A DNA stretch of 64,000 nucleotides from Eledone cirrhosa (lineage: Eukaryota). The notes beneath the pieces are model-generated. The model was given only the letters and a program-made list of their open reading frames with translations, was not told the origin of the DNA and made no database searches. The translations under genes and the position numbers were made by a program. This document shows positions 1-11,872 of this stretch, piece after piece. The stretch spans positions 77,686,001 through 77,750,000 of the forward strand of contig OZ024742.1 of the NCBI GenBank assembly GCA_964016885.1. Reading direction: 5' to 3'. Within the stretch, counting starts at the first letter, position 1. Every line of letters begins with the position of its first letter.

Positions 1-452
1 CACTGGGGAGATCAGGCGGCTGTTTGAGGAACTGGATGTTGAGACAGAACCCTTCACCAGAGAGGAGCTTCAGAGAGCCGAGAAGAGGATCAAGGAGGGC
101 AAGGCTCATGGAGAAGATGGAGTGGCATCAGAGGTGATGAAGTGGTGTGATTTTGATGATATCATCCTGAGGTTCTGTAACCGGGCACTGGAGAAAGGAA
201 TTGCACCGAATCAGTGGAGGATCAGTAACATCGCCCCAGTGCCAAACAAGGGAGATCCTCTAACACCAAAAACTACAAGGGGATCTCACTGACGTCACTT
301 GTGGTAAACACCCTCAACAGGATGATTCTTAACAGGATCCAGCCTGAGATGGAGAAGAAGCTGAGGGACGACTAGAACGGCTTCAGAGAGGGAAGATCAA
401 CCACCAGTCACATCCTGATGCTGAGGGGGATATTAGAGGGAGCTAGAGCAAA
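1..452 (+). pseudogene. Non-LTR retrotransposon (RTE-like) reverse transcriptase fragment, N-terminal RT region; cut by window start and ending in (TA)n
   Basis: Manual translation gives PFTREELQRAEKRIKEGKAHGEDGV...QWRISNIAPVPNKGD, then a frameshift, then NYKGISLTSLVVNTLNRMILNRI...[21 protein letters not shown]. These are LINE RT domain 0-2 motifs with a stop and a frameshift. Confidence 0.8.
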
Positions 453-494
453 ATATATATATATATATAATTCATATGTATATATATATATATA

Positions 495-542
<48 letters not shown>

Positions 543-572
543 GTATATATGTATATATATATATAATTTATA

Positions 573-647
<75 letters not shown>

Positions 648-656
648 ATATATATA

Positions 657-700
<44 letters not shown>

Positions 701-1279
701 ATATATAAATATATAATCTATATATATATATGTATATATATAAATATATAATCTATATATATATAGTTTATATGTATATATATATATATAATATATTTAT
801 ATATATATATATATATATATACATATATATATAATTTATATATATATATATAATTTATATATATATATATAACTCATATATATATATAATTATATATACA
901 TATATGTATAATTTATATATATATAATTGATATATATACATATATGTATAATTTATATATATACATATAAATATAATTTATATATATATATAATTTATAG
1001 ATATATATATAATTGATATATATATATAATTTATATATATATATAATTTATAAATATATATATATATAATTTATATATATATATAATTTATATATATATA
1101 TAATTTATATATATATAATTTATATATATAATTCATAATTTATATATATATAATATATATATATATACATATATATAAATATATTTTATATAATGTTATA
1201 TATATGTATATATATATATAATATATATATATGTAATATTTATATATATATATATATAATTTATTTATATATATATATA

Positions 1280-1327
<48 letters not shown>

Positions 1328-1411
1328 GCTATATATGTATATATATACATAATTTATTTATATATATATAATTTATTTATATATATATATATATATAAAT
1401 TATATATATAT

Positions 1412-1442
<31 letters not shown>

Positions 1443-1571
1443 AAATAAATGATATATATAAATATAAATTATATATATATATATAAATCAATTATATATA
1501 TATATATATATATAAAATATATATATATATATATATACATATATATATAAATAAATTATATATATATACAT

Positions 1572-1615
<44 letters not shown>

Positions 1616-1661
1616 TTATATATATATATATATATATAAATAAATTATATATATATATATA

Positions 1662-1721
<60 letters not shown>

Positions 1722-1746
1722 GAATTATATATATATATATATAAAT

Positions 1747-1780
<34 letters not shown>

Positions 1781-2060
1781 TATACATATAAATGAATTAT
1801 ATATATATATATATATAAATTATATATATATATATATGTATATAAATAAATTATATATATATATACATATAAATGAATTATATATATATATATATATAAA
1901 TTATATATATATATATATATGTATATAAACAAATTATATATACATATACATATATATAAATCATATATATATATATAGAAATAAATTATATATATATATA
2001 TAGAAATAAATTATATATATATACATATATATAAATTATATATATACATATATATATATA
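453..2060. repeat. Interrupted (TA)n array with polarity switch
   Basis: (TA)n is punctuated by TAATTTA up to about 1385 and by its reverse complement TAAATTA afterwards. Confidence 0.9.
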
Positions 2061-2090
2061 TTGAGCTCAGCCGTCGGGGTCCTACTCGTT

Positions 2091-2127
<37 letters not shown>

Positions 2128-2299
2128 CGAAGGAAATGTGGTAAGGAACCAGGTGGACCATAACGCACCAAATTACTCAATACTTAGGGTAATAGAGTGG
2201 GTAATAGGAACGAGTAGGTCCCCGACGGCTGAGCTCAAGCCGTTTCGACTAGCCGTCGAGACGGCTTGAGCTCAGCCGTCGGGGTCCTACTCGTTCCTA
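2061..2299. repeat. Palindromic PLE-derived short element carrying a hammerhead 3' half (same family as 15718-16640)
   Basis: About 95-nt near-perfect hairpin TAGGAACGAGTAGG...CCTACTCGTTCCTA (2205-2299), plus an extra arm fragment at 2061-2093. Aligns by eye to 15718-15920. Confidence 0.75.
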
Positions 2300-2301
2300 T
2301 A

Positions 2302-2372
<71 letters not shown>

Positions 2373-2396
2373 TTTATATATATATAGATATATATA

Positions 2397-2449
<53 letters not shown>

Positions 2450-2571
2450 AATATAGACATAGAATATTCGAAAATATTCTGTATGTTTATAATAAACATT
2501 TTGAAGACCTAATCGCTATAGAATAGAATACGTCACGTATTACAATTAGATTCTCGATAAAAGCAAGGGAA

Positions 2572-2614
2572 GTAATCTACGCGTTTCATTCTCGTTAGAA
2601 ATCATCAGGACTAC
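2572..2614 (-). ncRNA. Same hammerhead ribozyme on minus strand (3 copies: 2572, 2882, 3192)
   Basis: Exact reverse complement of 3560-3602. Confidence 0.9.
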
Positions 2615-3559
2615 ATATCCAGTGCTTTTATCGAGAATGACACAGCTAGAGACTTATAGAATACTTAGCTGTGTACAGGAACTGGTTTGAAAGAGCGGTT
2701 GCCGGTCCGGCAGAAATTAGAAATTGGAATAAATGCTCTGAAATAGCGATATATATGTGAATATAGACATAGAATATTCGAAAATATTCTGTATGTTTAT
2801 AATAAACATTTTGAAGACCTAATCGCTATAGAATAGAATACGTCACGTATTACAATTAGATTCTCGATAAAAGCAAGGGAAGTAATCTACGCGTTTCATT
2901 CTCGTTAGAAATCATCAGGACTACATATCCAGTGCTTTTATCGAGAATGACACAGCTAGAGACTTATAGAATACTTAGCTGTGTACAGGAACTGGTTTGA
3001 AAGAGCGGTTGCCGGTCCGGCAGAAATTAGAAATTGGAATAAATGCTCTGAAATAGCGATATATATGTGAATATAGACATAGAATATTCGAAAATATTCT
3101 GTATGTTTATAATAAACATTTTGAAGACCTAATCGCTATACAATAGAATACGTCACGTATTACAATTAGATTCTCGATAAAAGCAAGGGAAGTAATCTAC
3201 GCGTTTCATTCTCGTTAGAAATCATCAGGACTACATATCCAGTGCTTTTATCGAGAATGACACAGCTAGAGACTTATAGAATACTTAGCTGTGTACAGGA
3301 ACTGGTTTGAAAGAGCGGTTGCCGGTCCGGCAGAAATTAGAAATTGGAATAAATGCTCTGAAATAGCGATATATATGTGAATATAGACATAGAATATTCG
3401 AAAATATTCTGTATGTTTATAATAAACATTTTGAAGACCTAATCGCTATAGAATAGAATACGTCACGTATTACAACCGCTCTTTCAAACCAGTTCCTGTA
3501 CACAGCTAAGTATTCTATAAGTCTCTAGCTGTGTCATTCTCGATAAAAGCACTGGATAT

Positions 3560-3602
3560 GTAGTCCTGATGATTTCTAACGAGAATGAAACGCGTAGATT
3601 AC
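3560..3602 (+). ncRNA. Minimal type I hammerhead ribozyme (first of 10 plus-strand copies: 3560, 3870, 4180, 4490, 4800, 5110, 5420, 5730, 6040, 6350)
   Basis: GUAGUC-CUGAUGA-u UUCU aacg AGAA u-GAAA-CGCG-UA/GAUUAC. Stem I is GUAGUC/GAUUAC, the core is conserved, stem III is palindromic, and the predicted cleavage is after GUA (3596). Confidence 0.9.
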
Positions 3603-6545
3603 TTCCCTTGCTTTTATCGAGAATCTAATTGTAATACGTGACGTATTCTATTCTATAGCGATTAGGTCTTCAAAATGTTTATTATAAACATACAGAATAT
3701 TTTCGAATATTCTATGTCTATATTCACATATATATCGCTATTTCAGAGCATTTATTCCAATTTCTAATTTCTGCCGGACCGGCAACCGCTCTTTCAAACC
3801 AGTTCCTGTACACAGCTAAGTATTCTATAAGTCTCTAGCTGTGTCATTCTCGATAAAAGCACTGGATATGTAGTCCTGATGATTTCTAACGAGAATGAAA
3901 CGCGTAGATTACTTCCCTTGCTTTTATCGAGAATCTAATTGTAATACGTGACGTATTCTATTCTATAGCGATTAGGTCTTCAAAATGTTTATTATAAACA
4001 TACAGAATATTTTCGAATATTCTATGTCTATATTCACATATATATCGCTATTTCAGAGCATTTATTCCAATTTCTAATTTCTGCCGGACCGGCAACCGCT
4101 CTTTCAAACCAGTTCCTGTACACAGCTAAGTATTCTATAAGTCTCTAGCTGTGTCATTCTCGATAAAAGCACTGGATATGTAGTCCTGATGATTTCTAAC
4201 GAGAATGAAACGCGTAGATTACTTCCCTTGCTTTTATCGAGAATCTAATTGTAATACGTGACGTATTCTATTCTATAGCGATTAGGTCTTCAAAATGTTT
4301 ATTATAAACATACAGAATATTTTCGAATATTCTATGTCTATATTCACATATATATCGCTATTTCAGAGCATTTATTCCAATTTCTAATTTCTGCCGGACC
4401 GGCAACCGCTCTTTCAAACCAGTTCCTGTACACAGCTAAGTATTCTATAAGTCTCTAGCTGTGTCATTCTCGATAAAAGCACTGGATATGTAGTCCTGAT
4501 GATTTCTAACGAGAATGAAACGCGTAGATTACTTCCCTTGCTTTTATCGAGAATCTAATTGTAATACGTGACGTATTCTATTCTATAGCGATTAGGTCTT
4601 CAAAATGTTTATTATAAACATACAGAATATTTTCGAATATTCTATGTCTATATTCACATATATATCGCTATTTCAGAGCATTTATTCCAATTTCTAATTT
4701 CTGCCGGACCGGCAACCGCTCTTTCAAACCAGTTCCTGTACACAGCTAAGTATTCTATAAGTCTCTAGCTGTGTCATTCTCGATAAAAGCACTGGATATG
4801 TAGTCCTGATGATTTCTAACGAGAATGAAACGCGTAGATTACTTCCCTTGCTTTTATCGAGAATCTAATTGTAATACGTGACGTATTCTATTCTATAGCG
4901 ATTAGGTCTTCAAAATGTTTATTATAAACATACAGAATATTTTCGAATATTCTATGTCTATATTCACATATATATCGCTATTTCAGAGCATTTATTCCAA
5001 TTTCTAATTTCTGCCGGACCGGCAACCGCTCTTTCAAACCAGTTCCTGTACACAGCTAAGTATTCTATAAGTCTCTAGCTGTGTCATTCTCGATAAAAGC
5101 ACTGGATATGTAGTCCTGATGATTTCTAACGAGAATGAAACGCGTAGATTACTTCCCTTGCTTTTATCGAGAATCTAATTGTAATACGTGACGTATTCTA
5201 TTCTATAGCGATTAGGTCTTCAAAATGTTTATTATAAACATACAGAATATTTTCGAATATTCTATGTCTATATTCACATATATATCGCTATTTCAGAGCA
5301 TTTATTCCAATTTCTAATTTCTGCCGGACCGGCAACCGCTCTTTCAAACCAGTTCCTGTACACAGCTAAGTATTCTATAAGTCTCTAGCTGTGTCATTCT
5401 CGATAAAAGCACTGGATATGTAGTCCTGATGATTTCTAACGAGAATGAAACGCGTAGATTACTTCCCTTGCTTTTATCGAGAATCTAATTGTAATACGTG
5501 ACGTATTCTATTCTATAGCGATTAGGTCTTCAAAATGTTTATTATAAACATACAGAATATTTTCGAATATTCTATGTCTATATTCACATATATATCGCTA
5601 TTTCAGAGCATTTATTCCAATTTCTAATTTCTGCCGGACCGGCAACCGCTCTTTCAAACCAGTTCCTGTACACAGCTAAGTATTCTATAAGTCTCTAGCT
5701 GTGTCATTCTCGATAAAAGCACTGGATATGTAGTCCTGATGATTTCTAACGAGAATGAAACGCGTAGATTACTTCCCTTGCTTTTATCGAGAATCTAATT
5801 GTAATACGTGACGTATTCTATTCTATAGCGATTAGGTCTTCAAAATGTTTATTATAAACATACAGAATATTTTCGAATATTCTATGTCTATATTCACATA
5901 TATATCGCTATTTCAGAGCATTTATTCCAATTTCTAATTTCTGCCGGACCGGCAACCGCTCTTTCAAACCAGTTCCTGTACACAGCTAAGTATTCTATAA
6001 GTCTCTAGCTGTGTCATTCTCGATAAAAGCACTGGATATGTAGTCCTGATGATTTCTAACGAGAATGAAACGCGTAGATTACTTCCCTTGCTTTTATCGA
6101 GAATCTAATTGTAATACGTGACGTATTCTATTCTATAGCGATTAGGTCTTCAAAATGTTTATTATAAACATACAGAATATTTTCGAATATTCTATGTCTA
6201 TATTCACATATATATCGCTATTTCAGAGCATTTATTCCAATTTCTAATTTCTGCCGGACCGGCAACCGCTCTTTCAAACCAGTTCCTGTACACAGCTAAG
6301 TATTCTATAAGTCTCTAGCTGTGTCATTCTCGATAAAAGCACTGGATATGTAGTCCTGATGATTTCTAACGAGAATGAAACGCGTAGATTACTTCCCTTG
6401 CTTTTATCGAGAATCTAATTGTAATACGTGACGTATTCTATTCTATAGCGATTAGGTCTTCAAAATGTTTATTATAAACATACAGAATATTTTCGAATAT
6501 TCTATATATTCACATATATATCGCTATTTCAGAGCATTTATTCCA

Positions 6546-6625
<80 letters not shown>

Positions 6626-6634
6626 GTATATATG

Positions 6635-6818
<184 letters not shown>

Positions 6819-6819
6819 G

Positions 6820-6854
<35 letters not shown>

Positions 6855-6926
6855 ATATATATATATATGTATATATATATTTTAGGAAGAGTGTGTATCG
6901 TCACCAATTTAGCGGAGAGTTATGTA

Positions 6927-7161
6927 TTTAGAGAGTTGTAATGTCGCCACGAGGAACGAGGTTTGGTAGAAAGATATGATAGGAATATCGACAACGACTT
7001 TAGCTTGGTTTTACATTATTTATTAACAGAGGTTGAGCTGGCATGCCAAGAGAAATAAAACAAATCAATTAAGATTACAAGAGAAAATACGGTCGAATGG
7101 CTGAGGCGTTTAGCCCTTAAATCCATAACTCTCCGCTAAATTGTTGACAATACACACTCTT

Positions 7162-7243
<82 letters not shown>

Positions 7244-9877
7244 GTTTCATATTGTTTGTGCTGGCGGAGCCAAAGAACAAGTGGTGTTTACCTTAGCACG
7301 GTCTAGCTGGAAGTGATAGCGTCCTCAAATCTTTGCGGGCTATTTCTCCCTCAGAACGCGTAGGGATACATCTTCTTCTACTGGCGCTGATTGGCTGAGC
7401 TGAGCCAAATCACGCACAGAGAATGTATGTGAGCCAACGGAATGTAGGTCACTACATCACCTCCGAGCAGATTTTTAGCCGAAAAATCATTAACGAGGAA
7501 GCCGAGGACCCACAAGGTACAGTTTACACCCCACCCTTCTAGACGGAACTCGATACAGATTATTGAATCAGCAAGAACAAATGCTGAAAGAGCAGATCAG
7601 TGAAAAAATAATTGAGCAGAAAGATGCATGCAAGAAAAAAATGAGGCGCTACGGGCCGTGTTGATCCGCTGTCAAATGACTAGCTGTTTTTGTAGTTTAT
7701 ACGTGACCACCAAAGGTCTAACAGAAAACAGATAAAATCTGACATGGGCGAAGTTGCATTAAATGTTAATGGTAAGTGTTGTACCAGTAGCTGTGGATGA
7801 GGCTATTATGGTAGTTTACCAGTGCTGGCAAGAAGATGATGGGTAGGCGAGAAAATGTTGGCCTCCCAGATCTATTGCCGAATGTGCTAGGGAGCCAGGA
7901 AAAAATGGCTGGTTGCTTTGAAAAAAAAAAGCAAGCTGAATCTGTAGGTGAGTTGCAGTCCCATAAATCGGGCGAATCCACAGAAGTGGTGGAAATGCTG
8001 ACAAGTCCAGTTCTATTTGTTGTTTTCCCGGTGAGTTGGGTAAGATAACAAGATAGAGGTTGTTATGGACGATGAATGTGAAACGAGATGCGAAACTGTT
8101 TGAGTTAAGCTGCAATTAGCATTCTCGTGTTGCGGTGCAGGTGAACTAAGCTGCAAGTGTCGATAGCATGTTTTGGTACCTCCAGAAGGTGAAAAGGGAT
8201 CTCGTGGAATATTACGACGCTTGAAGATCATATACTATAGACAACAACATGTTGGTGTGTGTATATATGCAGGCATGTAATACAGCAAAGAAAATGTGTG
8301 CGTGCGGTCACATATACAATGATAGAGAGAAATGAATTTTCATATAATACAGTTTTAAAAAAATAAATGTCCAAAATAAATGCCTGAAAAAAAAGGAAGT
8401 AAGAATTGTTTCTTTTCTTTTAACAAAAAGTTCGCTTCTTCTTTTGGGGGGAACGCTCTTACTAGGGAGCTAGTAGAGTTGTTATTAAAGCAAAGTCACA
8501 ATGAATCTTCTGTAGAGTAGAAGTCGAGCGTTGAAGAACCCAGAGTCACCGATATGGCAGCCACGTCTAACGCCATAATGGTGAGAAAACTAATGTCGTA
8601 ATTTCTCGAGTCCTTGTGGTAACGAGACAGAAGGTATGGTGGTTGCGTCGGTAAAGTTACAAGCCGTTCCCTGGTGTTGGTTAATAGTTAGCTATGTGTT
8701 GCTGCTGATGGGTGGTACTTGGTGGTAGCCGTTTTGAAATACTGCTAATTTATTTTCCAAAAATATTCTAAAGAAAATTTGAAAATTTTCTAAAGAAAAA
8801 GAATTATTTTCCATGATGGCCGATCGAAAAATGTGTCCGTGATGAAGAAGCCGTCACGTGGCACGATGCAGCCAATCAGATGACTGGGATTGAAGAAGAC
8901 AAGCTGTACGCGGGAAAACAAAATTTGTGAGTCTCCGTTTGTAATTTTAACAGAATGTTGAAAGCAAAATTTAATATCCAGAGAAATCCTTTTTTTTTGT
9001 ATTGTTTTGTTTTTAATAAACTATGCTTGCAAGGCAAGTTGTTCTTAGTCGGTGGTCACAGTACTCATTTTATCAACTAATTGAAATATACCAAACCATC
9101 TCAACCGGATAGAAGCTATCGCATAATTTTCAATCCAAAACAGAAATTTTTTGTTAGTCGTGAAAAAACTCCTTCTTTTGTGTTGTATTTTTGTGTTCGT
9201 CTGTATGCGAGAGTTACTAGTGTTACCATGAAAGTTATGACAGAAATATTGTGCAGGACGCGTGCTTCAACAAATGGAATATTATGAATTTTATGGACTT
9301 ACGCTAAGTGAGTCTAGCTACCCGATTCGAACACTCCAAATATTTAGCCACTCCACATAGACATTAAAACGAAGTGCGAATTCAAATAGGCTGCGTTTTC
9401 ATACTTAATCGTCGAGGGTCACCAATTTGGTTACGAGGTTATATTTAGAGAGTGTACTGTAAGGTTGCCACGAGGAACCAGGTTTGGTAGAAAGATATGA
9501 TAGGAATATCGACAACGACTTTAGATTGGTTTTACATTATTTATTAACAGAGGTTAAACTGGCATGCCAAGAGAAATAAAACAAATCAATTAAGATTACA
9601 AGAGAAAATGCAGTCGACTGGCTGAGGCGTTTAGCTAATTCCGTAGTAAAATTGTTGTGTCGTTATATATTGTTTGTGCTGGCGGAGCAAAAGGACAAGT
9701 GGTGTTTACCTTAGCACGGTCTAGCTGGAAGTGATAGCGTCCTCAAATCTTTCCGGGCTATTTCTCCCTCAGAACGCGTAGGATACATCCTCTTCTACTG
9801 GCGCTGATTGGCTGTGCTGAGCCAGATCACGCACAGAGAATGTGTGTGAGCCCGCGGAATGTAGGTCACTACATCAC
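6927..9877 (-). mobile_element. Decayed or non-autonomous LTR retrotransposon-like element with about 450-bp LTRs (9428-9877 and 6927-7460, the latter interrupted at about 7113-7240)
   Basis: Direct repeats of about 90% identity by eye. A PBS lies next to the right LTR and a short purine tract GGAGGTGA at the inner edge of the left LTR on the minus strand. No intact gag/pol in the 2-kb interior. Confidence 0.65.
9410..9424 (-). promoter_or_regulatory. Primer-binding site complementary to tRNA-Trp 3' end
   Basis: TGGTGACCCTCGACG on the minus strand matches the TGGTGACCCCGACG expected for eukaryotic tRNA-Trp with a one-base insertion. It lies immediately inside the LTR. Confidence 0.6.
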
Positions 9878-10177
9878 GTATTATATATATATATGTATAT
9901 AAATATATATATATATATATATATAATTATATAGTTTATATATATGTATATATATTTCTAATTTATATATATTTATATATATATATATAATTATATAATT
10001 TATATATATGTATATATATTTATAATTTATATATATCTCTATATATATACAATTTATTTATATATATATGTATATATATATATAATTTATTTATATTAAT
10101 AATAATAAATTTGAAGACTGTTATTTGAAGACTGTTATTTGAAGACTGTTATAATCTGATATTTTAATAAATATATA

Positions 10178-10256
<79 letters not shown>

Positions 10257-10753
10257 ATATATATATTTATATAATTTATATAGTATATTTATATATATAT
10301 ATTTATATTTTATATATATGTATATATATATATAATTTATTTATATATATATATATATATATAAATAATTTCCACGAACCAAAGTATCGTCTTCCTGTCT
10401 TCCTCCGGTTGCAACGTTTTTTGAAATATCCAGTGTTCTGCGTTTACAGATTGACTTTGTTAGTTTCAGAAGATCCTGTTAAGGGTGAAAGCAGCGATTC
10501 TTTGCTTAAATTTTAATCTGTTATTTTAATAAATAATTTATTTATATATATATATATAATATATATATATATAATGTATATATATATACATAATTTCTTT
10601 ATATATACATATATATATATATAATTCATATGTATATATATACATAATTTATTTATATATATATATATAATGTATATGTATATATATATATAATTTAGTT
10701 ATATATATATACATATATATAATTCATATGTATATATATATTTAATTTATTTA

Positions 10754-10784
<31 letters not shown>

Positions 10785-10890
10785 ATATATATATAATTTA
10801 TATATTTATATATATATATATGTATATATGTATATATATATAATTTATATATTTATATATATATATGTATATATGTATATTTATATAATT

Positions 10891-10921
<31 letters not shown>

Positions 10922-11164
10922 ATATATATATATAATCTATATATATATATAGTTTATATGTATATATATATATATAATTTATATATTATAATTAATATAT
11001 ATATATATATAATTTATATATATGTATATATATCATTTATTCATATATATATCCTTTATATATATAGATAATTTATATATATATATATATATCATTTATA
11101 CGTATATATCCTTTATATATATATCCTTTATATATATATATAATTTATATATATATATATGATT

Positions 11165-11198
<34 letters not shown>

Positions 11199-11328
11199 AA
11201 TTTATATATATGTATATATATCATTTATATATATATCCTTTATATATATATATCCATTATATATGTATATGTAATTCATATATATACAATTTATATATAT
11301 ATATATATAATTCATATATATATATATA

Positions 11329-11372
<44 letters not shown>

Positions 11373-11483
11373 ATATATCATTTATATATATATATCATTT
11401 ATATATATATATCCTTTATATATATATATATCATTTATATATATATATCATTTATATATATATATCCTTTATATATATATATA

Positions 11484-11535
<52 letters not shown>

Positions 11536-11872
11536 TTTATATATATATTTAATTTATATATATATATATATATAATTTATATATATATATAATTTATATA
11601 TATATATATATATAATATATATATACATATATAATTAATATATATATATATATAATTTATATATATATAATTCATATATATATATAAAATGTATACATAT
11701 ATATATATAATAGTAATAATAAATTTAATAAATATATATATAATATATATATCTCTCTATATATATTATTTATATATATATAAATTTATATATATATAAT
11801 TTATATATATAAATTTATATATATATAATTTATATATATATATATATTTATATAATTTATTTATATATATAT
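9878..11872. repeat. Interrupted (TA)n array (TAATTTA, ATCATTTA, ATCCTTTA motifs) with small unique islands, including 3x TTTGAAGACTGTTA at about 10110-10151
   Basis: Direct reading. Confidence 0.9.

Larger units (their letters stand above)
2441..6547. mobile_element. Tandem array of a 310-bp hammerhead-containing unit (non-LTR retrozyme-like): about 3.3 units on - (2441-3475) joined head-to-head to about 9.9 units on + (3473-6547)
   Basis: Exact 310-bp period. Units are nearly identical (one substitution at 3141, a small deletion in the last unit). Each unit has an HHR core, there is no ORF, and both outer ends run into (TA)n. Confidence 0.9.

Noticed and set aside
2441-6547. CRISPR array or plain satellite interpretation
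   Set aside because: There are no variable spacers or cas genes, and whole units are identical and contain ribozyme cores.
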